DNA of 32,000 nucleotides from Cuniculiplasma divulgatum (GTDB lineage Archaea; Thermoplasmatota; Thermoplasmata; Thermoplasmatales; Thermoplasmataceae): NCBI RefSeq assembly GCF_900083515.1, contig NZ_LT671858.1, positions 420,001 to 452,000 of the forward strand, read 5' to 3'. Shown piece by piece: positions 24,424 to 32,000 of this stretch (position 1 is its first letter; each line of letters starts with the position of its first letter). The notes under the pieces were generated by a model. It saw only the letters and a program-made list of their open reading frames with translations, ran no database searches and was not told where the DNA came from. The position numbers and the translations under genes were made by a program.

Positions 24424-25926
24424 TTGCTTTCTAATAAATCTCCCGCTATATTTTTTCAAACTTTCATCTCATCACTATTAGGTTATATTGCACTTTTTTT
24501 TATTAACCGTTACATTGGCCCTGTTTACTGGGGATATCTCAGTTATGCCCTAGCATTCGGTGCTCTTTTTTCACTGGTTACCGATCTTGGATTTAACACA
24601 ACATATGTAAAATTTATATCCGGAGAGGGTGACACAGCTGAAGATATGGGAGCATATCTTGTAATTAAGGTAGTTTTAAACGTAATTTATGTTGCTGTAG
24701 TTTTAGGTTCTTTATTATTCTGGACAGATGTCTTAAAAAGGGGTTTTCAGAACCCTATAGAATACTGGACAATTATTGCAGTAATTCCTTACTATACAAT
24801 TTTGAACATCATGCCTGTATTCAACAATTATTACAAGGCCAATATGCAATCATACAACATAGCAATGCCACGATTGATAGAATCCGTTTTCAGGAATTCT
24901 ATATTTATTGGGATAGGGGTCCTTTACTATTTGCATATAGAAGGCTCACTTGGAGCAGGAATTACTGTAATACTGGCTCTCCTCTATAGCATTTCATATC
25001 TTATTTACATCATATTACTGTGGCTTCACGGGCGTCCATGGGTTTTCAAGAAGCCAGCAGTTGAGACAATTAAAAAGTACATAAAATTTGCAATTCCACT
25101 TGCTTTTGCAACAAGTATAGGAATTGTAAATGGAAACATTGATAAGATCATCGTCCAGTTCTTCTGGGGAGCCGTAGCAACTGGAGCACTTTACACAGAT
25201 CAGAGATTAATCTCAATAATAGCAACTTTAACTGGGCCAGTTACTATATTTCTTCTTCCATTACTAATGAGAAACCTTGAGGATACCAAGGAGATCCAGA
25301 ATACAAAAATAATGGAATATGAAAGAATTCTATCACTTATCTCAGCTCCCTTTGCTATGATACTGTTTTTTCTGTCCCCATTCATCCTTAACATATATAA
25401 CGCAAGATATCTGATGTATGCATCATCACTTAGCATAATAGCAGTTGGAGGATATGTTGGCGCTTTAACATATCCATTTTCCAGTTCCATAATATCAAAG
25501 GGAAAGCAGCATATGGTTGCATGGATATCTCTGAGTGGAATAATCCTAAACATCATATTAAACGTCATACTCATACCCACTACCATTCTTGGATTCAGAT
25601 TAGGATCACTTGGTGTTGAAGGAGCTACCATAAGTTACACGGCAGCTAATTTTTTAGTATATTTTCTTTACAAGGAATATTTCAGGAAGATTAATGAGAC
25701 CAGGACAAGGTCCACTGCTGTTATCCATATTGTTGTAGCTTTTCCGAGCGCTTTGGTGTTATTACTTTCTGCGATCTACTTAAAGCCTTACTCATTCATA
25801 GTACTGTTTCCAGTTATACTATTGAGTCTGTTACTATATTTAATAATGAGTCTATCACTAAAAGAAATAACTACTGGACAGATTAAAATGCTTATAAGGA
25901 ATTTGATCCCCAGGAAAGATCAGTGA
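24424..25926 (+). CDS. Oligosaccharide/polysaccharide flippase (Wzx/MOP superfamily, AglR-like)
   Basis: 500 aa with about 12-14 TM helices. The hydrophobic pattern, size and conserved charged loop positions are typical of polysaccharide biosynthesis (MOP) transporters. TTG start; no in-frame ATG for about 75 codons. Confidence 0.6.
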   Translation: MLSNKSPAIFFQTFISSLLGYIALFFINRYIGPVYWGYLSYALAFGALFSLVTDLGFNTTYVKFISGEGDTAEDMGAYLVIKVVLNVIYVAVVLGSLLFWTDVLKRGFQNPIEYWTIIAVIPYYTILNIMPVFNNYYKANMQSYNIAMPRLIESVFRNSIFIGIGVLYYLHIEGSLGAGITVILALLYSISYLIYIILLWLHGRPWVFKKPAVETIKKYIKFAIPLAFATSIGIVNGNIDKIIVQFFWGAVATGALYTDQRLISIIATLTGPVTIFLLPLLMRNLEDTKEIQNTKIMEYERILSLISAPFAMILFFLSPFILNIYNARYLMYASSLSIIAVGGYVGALTYPFSSSIISKGKQHMVAWISLSGIILNIILNVILIPTTILGFRLGSLGVEGATISYTAANFLVYFLYKEYFRKINETRTRSTAVIHIVVAFPSALVLLLSAIYLKPYSFIVLFPVILLSLLLYLIMSLSLKEITTGQIKMLIRNLIPRKDQ

Positions 25927-26045
25927 ATCCATGGTATTTACTTTCATATTTGTCACTTTAGATATAATCTAAATCAAATTTTATGTATAAATATATCCGT
26001 ATAATTCGTTATTATAGAACATGAAAATTTATTGTAGGAATAAGG

Positions 26046-26057
26046 TTTTTAAAAAAA
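26046..26057. terminator. Bidirectional oligo-T terminator (T5 plus strand, T7 minus strand)
   Basis: TTTTTAAAAAAA lies about 10 nt downstream of the acyl-CoA dehydrogenase stop (26067, minus strand) and downstream of the flippase gene. Confidence 0.5.
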
Positions 26058-26066
26058 TTCTTTGAT

Positions 26067-27269
26067 TTAGATAAACTCTTTTCCTATAGATTCTCTCGCT
26101 ATTATCTGTTTCATTATTTCCCTGGAACCTTCTGCAAGCTGGAAAGATCTGATACCTCTCAGTGAATACTCTTCAGGGCAGTCTGTTGAATACCCAAAGG
26201 CTCCCTGCCATTGTAACGCATCATTTACAGCATCAAATCCCCAGGTTGTTGAGAGTAACTTTGCCTTGGCAATTTCCTTACTTACCTGAAATCTTGTAAA
26301 TTTGTGATATTTCTGTTCCTGATCATAAACCCACAATGCCCTGTATCCCATATCAAGTGCTGTTTCCATTTTAGCCACATTGTCTGCAACCTGAAACTGT
26401 AATCCCTGAAACTTTGTGAGAGATTTTCCAAAAGCTACCCTCTGTTTCATGTAATCTATACCACGATTTATAGACTCAAGGGCAGTACCAGCACTTATTA
26501 CTGAAATTAGGGCTCTCGCAAATTCAAATCCTTCATGAATAATCTTGAAACCTTCGTTCTCCTTTCCAATGAGATAGTGTTCAGGCACTTCATAGTCTTT
26601 TATTCTGAATGCTCCCCAGCTTGATCCTTCTCTGCCCATTTCCTCCAGATAGGTTATATCAAAATGCTCCTGAGAATAAGGTAGGAATATGAGGGAAGTT
26701 CCAGAGGTTCCCGGTTTTTCTGGCGCTGTTTTTGTTACTGTTACATAACCGCCTCCCATTTCCTTTATATCTCTTACCAGGCTTATGTAACTTTTTTCAC
26801 CGTTAACCACATACCCTCTGCTATTTTTTTTCGCCACAGTGGTCATGGATGCTACGTCAGATCCAAAATTCGGTTCTGTTGAAGCAATTCCTATTATCTT
26901 CCTGCCCTTGGCAACATCGGGTAAATATTCATTCTTTAACTTTTCGCTTCCATATTTTGAAATAAGATATGACCACGCATTATCCACAAGGAAAAATACT
27001 GGTATTGAAACAGTAGGATCCGATCTTCCAATTTCTTCCGCAACTATACCTACTGTTACAGCATCATAACCTGGACCACCATATTTTTCAGGGATTGTCA
27101 TTCCAAGTATTCCAAGCTCACCCATTCCTTTTATGATTTCAGAAGGAATCCTTCTGTTCTTTATCATTTCCTTAATTCTTGGCTTGATCTCCCGGTTGCA
27201 GAATTCTCTGACTGTTGTCCTTAAGAGTTCCTGCTCCTCTGTAAAAGTGTAATCTAACATCCATAGCAT
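26067..27269 (-). CDS. Acyl-CoA dehydrogenase
   Basis: The N-terminus FTEEQELLRTTVREFCNREI, then TEPNFGSD, and the C-terminal QWQGAFGYSTDCPEEYSLRGIRSFQLAEGSREIMKQIIA, are classic ACAD blocks. An alternative start lies at 27260. Confidence 0.9.
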   Translation of the reverse strand: MLWMLDYTFTEEQELLRTTVREFCNREIKPRIKEMIKNRRIPSEIIKGMGELGILGMTIPEKYGGPGYDAVTVGIVAEEIGRSDPTVSIPVFFLVDNAWSYLISKYGSEKLKNEYLPDVAKGRKIIGIASTEPNFGSDVASMTTVAKKNSRGYVVNGEKSYISLVRDIKEMGGGYVTVTKTAPEKPGTSGTSLIFLPYSQEHFDITYLEEMGREGSSWGAFRIKDYEVPEHYLIGKENEGFKIIHEGFEFARALISVISAGTALESINRGIDYMKQRVAFGKSLTKFQGLQFQVADNVAKMETALDMGYRALWVYDQEQKYHKFTRFQVSKEIAKAKLLSTTWGFDAVNDALQWQGAFGYSTDCPEEYSLRGIRSFQLAEGSREIMKQIIARESIGKEFI

Positions 27270-27300
27270 ATACTTTTATGGAATAAAAATAAGTATGTGT

Positions 27301-28242
27301 TTATATGCTTTCAAAATTTATCTTTGATTTTGAGGGGTCTTTTGCCAGCAGTGATACTCTGCTTTCCTTCCTTTCTGCAGTTACTTCATAGCCAACCTTT
27401 TCACCAAGTTTAACAGTAAAATCCATAATATCATTATGTGAGGGCATGTTGTCGATTGACAGCCTTGCTATGGATTGCCCAACATGAACATATCCCTTAG
27501 ATTCTATGAAATCAGGTTGCGCAATACTATCCATCTTTGCATATTCATCAATGAATGGCATGTTGAAGTCCTTGACCAGTGTGTGTCTTATTACCTTTCT
27601 TGTGTCGAGTGAAGGCATGAGTTCAAGAGTCTTCTGGAAATTTTCCCATGCATTTCCCATTGCTGGATTAAGCAGTTCGTTAAACGTCTTCTTGTCTGGT
27701 CCAGCTGTTGTTACATACAGTTGAGTAGGCAATGGATTAAGTTTCTCCAGAACCATTGGAAGTGTTCCATTGGTCACGAGGAATGTTGACATGCCCCTCT
27801 TATGGGCCAGTTCTATAAATTCGCCCAGTCTTGTATACAAAGTAGGTTCTCCAGTAAGTGATATGGCGATGTGTTTTGGATTTGATGCTTCTTTCCACTT
27901 TTCTTCTGTAACCTTAGGATTACCCTTGAATCCTGAAATCAATTTTAGATGTGCCTTTATGCTCTCATTCAGTATAAACTCAGGATCGTCCTCATCACCT
28001 ATATGCATGCTGTCAAACCCATTGAATCTCCAGCAAAATGAGCAATTTTCGGTACATGAATTGAGAGCCGGAGTCATCTGAATGCATTGATGTGAGTTAA
28101 TTCCATAAAACGTTCCCTTATAACAGGATGCACCTCCAGTCATCTCGCTTTTTGTCCAGTGGCACACCTTAACTGCTGAATGTTTCCCTACCAGACCGTA
28201 ATGCTGCTTCTTGTATACCTGGGCGTATTTATTCTCCATCAC
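27301..28242 (-). CDS. taw1: tRNA 4-demethylwyosine synthase, radical SAM (Taw1/TYW1)
   Basis: Blocks KVCHWTK, CYKGTFYGINSHQCIQMTP, the CSFCWR cluster, KHIAISLTGEPTLY and PTQLYVT parallel Methanocaldococcus Taw1 as I recall it. Confidence 0.9.
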   Translation of the reverse strand: MMENKYAQVYKKQHYGLVGKHSAVKVCHWTKSEMTGGASCYKGTFYGINSHQCIQMTPALNSCTENCSFCWRFNGFDSMHIGDEDDPEFILNESIKAHLKLISGFKGNPKVTEEKWKEASNPKHIAISLTGEPTLYTRLGEFIELAHKRGMSTFLVTNGTLPMVLEKLNPLPTQLYVTTAGPDKKTFNELLNPAMGNAWENFQKTLELMPSLDTRKVIRHTLVKDFNMPFIDEYAKMDSIAQPDFIESKGYVHVGQSIARLSIDNMPSHNDIMDFTVKLGEKVGYEVTAERKESRVSLLAKDPSKSKINFESI

Positions 28243-28369
28243 ATTGAAGAAAAGGTAATCCGTGTATATAAGTGTTCATAGACAATTCACCATATTACTC
28301 TCAAACACTGTTTGTATATATCATTTGAATTGGATGATAGAATTAATAATAATGGTGCAATCATTAACT

Positions 28370-28918
28370 ATGGCAAATAACAGTTTATGGATTACCACAT
28401 CTCCCGGTGATGATGCTCCGGAAGAGTTTTATGCTGTAATAGAAACACCGAAGGGAAGCAGGAATAAGTACGAGGTCAATAAAGAGGGTCCTGGAATTAT
28501 GCTTGACAGGGTTCTTCACTCTTCAGTTATGTATCCTGCAGATTATGGCTTCGTTCCAAGAACATACTACGATGACGGTGATCCTATAGATGTAATTGTT
28601 CTTACCAGTTTTCCATTATACCCTGGTACAATTGTGAAGGTAAGGCCAGTTGGTGTAATGCACATGATTGATGGTGGTGACAGAGATGATAAGATTATTG
28701 GAGTAGCATCAAAAGATCCATCTTACAGCAATATAAAGGATATCAAAGATGTCAATCCGCACCTGCTTAAAGAGATAAAGAATTTCTTTGAAACCTACAA
28801 GATTTTGGAGGGAAAAAAGACCAGTGTATCTGATTACGGTGACGCAGCGGAGGCAAAGAAGCAGATCGAGAATTCAATGAAAAGTTTTGAAGATAAGTTC
28901 CATAACGAATTCGATTAA
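28370..28918 (+). CDS. ppa: Inorganic pyrophosphatase (family I)
   Basis: Blocks YAVIETPKGSRNKYEV, YPADYGFVP and DGDPIDV. The ORF opens at 28262, but the first 36 codons are non-homologous hydrophobic junk within the divergent promoter. ATG 28370 gives a canonical 182-aa PPase. Confidence 0.9.
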   Translation: MANNSLWITTSPGDDAPEEFYAVIETPKGSRNKYEVNKEGPGIMLDRVLHSSVMYPADYGFVPRTYYDDGDPIDVIVLTSFPLYPGTIVKVRPVGVMHMIDGGDRDDKIIGVASKDPSYSNIKDIKDVNPHLLKEIKNFFETYKILEGKKTSVSDYGDAAEAKKQIENSMKSFEDKFHNEFD

Positions 28919-28998
28919 AATTGTCCTGCTTCTAAGGAATCAACAAATTAAAATCATTTTATTGTAAAAAATTAATTTAGATTACATTCTTTAGTACT

Positions 28999-31887
28999 TC
29001 AAATTGAATTCACTCTGAATCCTAAATCATTACAGGAAAAGGAACTCAACTTCAGATCGTGATTGCTATTATTTATCTTTTCTTCATCTTTATGATCTAT
29101 GAATTTAAACTCCCCATTTACATTAAACCTTTCCGGAGTTCCCTTAACATCTTCAAGGATGTTATAAAAACTCTTTCCAAGGATTTCTGCAAAGTGAGAT
29201 TCGATGGTGTAACTAAAATTTAAAAGGTTAAGGCCAGTTACTGTGAATGTGTTATTATTACAGATATAGGAATGCATGATCTCAAGATCTTTGAAATTAT
29301 TATACTTTTCACACATGGATAAGTAGGAACTACCCGTATTACTCTCGGATGTAGGAATTCCTTTCATTATTTTCATACCAAATATGCCTGTATTTACGGA
29401 TGTTCCGTTTGAATTTAAAGACAAACTTAATGGTAATTTTCCCACAGCCATTTCTCCTCTCTTTGAACCAGACGAGAAGAACATGCCATCTCCAAGCACA
29501 AATCTGCTGTCACGTGTAAACTGATTTGAACCAGAAGAAATAATTGCTCCATATTCACTTATATTTCTGGATAAGATCCTTTGACATTGATGTGAAATAA
29601 TTTGATTATTAACATACTTGATTGAATATATAAATGTTTGATTCATAGCTTTTAGAAGACATGGCTGCGATGCATAATATGGTGTAATCATAGAGTCGTA
29701 ACTGCTGTTTAGGCTCTTCATAACCAGATTCTTAGAAATCTCCTGAATATAATTATCAAAGCCTCCTGAGGTAGTGAATCCCCAGCCATAATTATCGTAT
29801 CTTGATGGCGTTCCATTAACATTAACCTCCTCTACAGATAAATAATAGTTTCCAGCAAAAAGACAGTACCCATCGTTCAGATTAGATTTGTCTGAGAACT
29901 TTATATGATAATATCCGGTTCTATTTATCTTGATAGTCCTGGACGTTTTGAAAAATTCATTTCCTTCTCCTGTGTTGTAGAGAGAAACTTTAGCATAAGC
30001 ACTGGAATTATTAGGTGAACTAAACATCCCATCATTTGTTAAATTAAAAAAATAGAGGGAAATGCAGTTAAACCTTTCAATATGTTTCAAACTGATACAC
30101 TGTATCCCCTGATCTGAAATGTCACTGGAATCTTTGACTTCATTGCTTGAGTTTACAAAGGTAATGGAAAGAGAATTACAGCCATCATGAATTGATATTA
30201 CTCCATTTACAGTATCTGGAACATACTTACCATGATTAGGTATATAAACGGAATACTGAAAATCACATAAATCGTGTATACTTAAAGAGGTGCTATCAAT
30301 ATTATAGCTGTTTTCCCCAATGCATATCTTCCACTCTGGGGTTGAGTGGGTTTTGTACATCAGTCCTTTCTCAGTAATATGCAGTGAAGACGACCCACAC
30401 GTTGGATTATAACCAATAATAAAGTAATATGGTTCTGAAAGTGACTTCAGATTATCCTTTGTAATATTAAAGCAATTGTATTCATGGGGCAATGAACTGT
30501 TATCTTTAACGTAGGAGATATTACATTTAATCTGTGCACTGAAGGCGTAAGCAGTGCCAATTCCATCTGAGCAGGGTTGATTACTGGCAGATGCAAGAAA
30601 TTCATTGGGACCATAACCATAACCCATCTTATTGTTGCTGTATCGAATACCAAAGTTGTTGTTCTGCTTACCTGATGATCCTGAACTCTCATTCACAGAT
30701 TCCCAGAAATTTAAGTAATATGTTCTTATGTAGGGGTGCTGGGTACCCAGGAGTATACAGTTATCAAAGTTCACTTTTTCCATAATATCACCCTTTGTAT
30801 AGGAAGTGTTGTTTGTATTTCTCTTCAAATTTATGACTTTTCCAGATCCTGTTAAGGCTGATCCCCACATGGTTTTTCCAACATTTAGGTACAATGATGA
30901 TTTTCCCTGCATAAACTGATTTCCATATTCTAGGTTAGGTTCCAGAATAAATTCAACATAGTTCACAGACTCATAGGAGGAGCTAATAGTAAATTGCTGG
31001 GAGGCAAGTCTGTAATAATTTGTATTCCCTATTTTCAGCACATTAGCGCTATCACCAAGCCAGTCTCCCAGGCAATTTGTACTATCATATGATCGGTTCA
31101 GGTTTGTGTTATAATTATAGTCAGGGCTAACATGATTAAAATTAATAGATGCCAAATCAGACGTTTCGCCGAAATTACCGGAAATGACCGTTTGATTTAT
31201 ATTACATGTAAAAACAATGGGAATAGAAACTGAAGAAGTGTTTACAAGAACAATTCCCCTTGCTGGATCAGGTTTGAAACTTTTACTGTTAGAGCTAACA
31301 CTGAAAGTATATTCCCCTCTGGGAAGGCAAAAACTTAGAATTCCTGAAGTCGAAGCAGTTGCTGGACTGGAGGACTTGGAAATACCGTTCACCTTTACGT
31401 TCCAGTACCTGCCAGTTTTTAACCCACTTTCCATAAATTCGAGTTCATAATCGTCTATCTCTGAAATCTTCATGTTATTCATAATGTTATTTGAACTGGT
31501 GTTCGCGCATGAAGCAACGGAGTCAATTTTTCTATCTACCTGTTTGGTATAGTTCATTTCGAGAGAATATGATAGAGAAGCATTGAAATTACTTGAATAA
31601 TAAATATTGGTACTTTCTGCTGGAATGAAAGGGGGTGTACCACTTATACCGAGAGGTACATTCTCTGAAACCGAGTCTCCCGGCTTGAGGTTTTGGTTTA
31701 ACATCTTTGACTCCATGGAAATCAGGGATGATTGCGTTTCCATCTGAAAATTTATTTCATTACTTGTGCTGGTGCTTGGAACATACCATAAAATAAAGCT
31801 AGTCAGAAGAACGCTTACAATGGCAAATAAAAGAAGTGCACCTATAATTTCACTCACAGCCTTTTCTTCAGTTATAGGAGTTTTCAT
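28999..31887 (-). CDS. Very large (962 aa) surface protein with an archaeal type IV pilin-like (class III) signal peptide / DUF1628-type N-terminus
   Basis: The N-terminus MKTPITEEKAVSEIIGALLLFAIVSVLLTSFILWYVP matches the archaeal pilin/archaellin-type N-terminal domain pattern ((K/R)(G/A)-VS-x-(V/I)IG followed by a hydrophobic helix). The remainder is N/S/T/Y-rich with many sequons and at least one ESGL...W.V.VNG beta-sandwich module. Confidence 0.7.
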   Translation of the reverse strand: MKTPITEEKAVSEIIGALLLFAIVSVLLTSFILWYVPSTSTSNEINFQMETQSSLISMESKMLNQNLKPGDSVSENVPLGISGTPPFIPAESTNIYYSSNFNASLSYSLEMNYTKQVDRKIDSVASCANTSSNNIMNNMKISEIDDYELEFMESGLKTGRYWNVKVNGISKSSSPATASTSGILSFCLPRGEYTFSVSSNSKSFKPDPARGIVLVNTSSVSIPIVFTCNINQTVISGNFGETSDLASINFNHVSPDYNYNTNLNRSYDSTNCLGDWLGDSANVLKIGNTNYYRLASQQFTISSSYESVNYVEFILEPNLEYGNQFMQGKSSLYLNVGKTMWGSALTGSGKVINLKRNTNNTSYTKGDIMEKVNFDNCILLGTQHPYIRTYYLNFWESVNESSGSSGKQNNNFGIRYSNNKMGYGYGPNEFLASASNQPCSDGIGTAYAFSAQIKCNISYVKDNSSLPHEYNCFNITKDNLKSLSEPYYFIIGYNPTCGSSSLHITEKGLMYKTHSTPEWKICIGENSYNIDSTSLSIHDLCDFQYSVYIPNHGKYVPDTVNGVISIHDGCNSLSITFVNSSNEVKDSSDISDQGIQCISLKHIERFNCISLYFFNLTNDGMFSSPNNSSAYAKVSLYNTGEGNEFFKTSRTIKINRTGYYHIKFSDKSNLNDGYCLFAGNYYLSVEEVNVNGTPSRYDNYGWGFTTSGGFDNYIQEISKNLVMKSLNSSYDSMITPYYASQPCLLKAMNQTFIYSIKYVNNQIISHQCQRILSRNISEYGAIISSGSNQFTRDSRFVLGDGMFFSSGSKRGEMAVGKLPLSLSLNSNGTSVNTGIFGMKIMKGIPTSESNTGSSYLSMCEKYNNFKDLEIMHSYICNNNTFTVTGLNLLNFSYTIESHFAEILGKSFYNILEDVKGTPERFNVNGEFKFIDHKDEEKINNSNHDLKLSSFSCNDLGFRVNSI

Positions 31888-32000
31888 AAACAGGTCATGG
31901 TATCATTAATAAAACAGCACTTTTAATGTACAAAAATTGCACACTGCGAGAAAGAAAAACTCTGTTCGTCATTGCTACTGAAACTCTGTTTACTGTAGTG

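Noticed and set aside
25200-25631. 143-aa minus-strand ORF inside the flippase gene; similar ORFs occur at 27506-28081 inside taw1 and 20334-20675 inside rfcL
   Set aside because: These are antisense shadow ORFs within genes that have clear family signatures or a coherent TM pattern.
28262-28369. 36-codon N-terminal extension of the pyrophosphatase ORF
   Set aside because: The extension lies in the AT-rich divergent promoter, which contains TATA-like TGTATATAAG and TTGTATATATC. It is not PPase-like. ATG 28370 gives a canonical-length enzyme.
1-32000. Scan for CRISPR arrays, rRNA genes, IS elements, integrases, toxin-antitoxin pairs and known defence-system hallmarks
   Set aside because: I found no regularly spaced direct repeats, no rRNA-like conserved blocks, and no transposase, integrase, nuclease-helicase or TA-like small gene pairs among the ORFs. 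This was an eye scan only, so short or degenerate repeats could have been missed.

Overview
Gene-dense (about 90% coding), AT-rich archaeal chromosomal segment. Archaeal identity is clear from a thermosome subunit, ribosomal protein eL15, RNase P protein Pop5, RFC large subunit, prefoldin alpha, Taw1, and TATA-box/leaderless promoter architecture. The thermosome and the UDP-sulfoquinovose synthase homologue suggest a wall-less acidophile of the Thermoplasmata type, such as Ferroplasma, Picrophilus or Thermoplasma. I cannot verify that without a database search. I support 32 protein genes and one tRNA-Ser(UGA). I saw no rRNA, CRISPR array, transposase or integrase. Housekeeping genes include partial MTAP, a beta-CASP RNase, pgk-pfdA-ftsY, rpl15e, rnp2, rfcL, ths, taw1, ppa, an acyl-CoA dehydrogenase, proline dehydrogenase and two NUDIX hydrolases. 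These are interleaved with a cell-surface and glycosylation theme: an SQD1/Agl3-type UDP-sulfoquinovose synthase, a GalU-like nucleotidyltransferase, a Wzx/MOP-type flippase, a GHMP sugar kinase, and several large N-x-S/T-rich surface proteins. The surface proteins are a Kelch beta-propeller protein, an 819-aa polytopic protein with a large ectodomain, and a 962-aa protein with a type IV pilin-like class III signal peptide. The best candidate for an undescribed system is a compact five-gene operon at 5165-9236. It encodes three membrane-anchored, Cys-containing extracellular proteins that I cannot place in any family, translationally coupled to an ABC-2 type ATPase/permease pair. All functional calls rest on motifs read by eye from the supplied translations. 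No searches were run.
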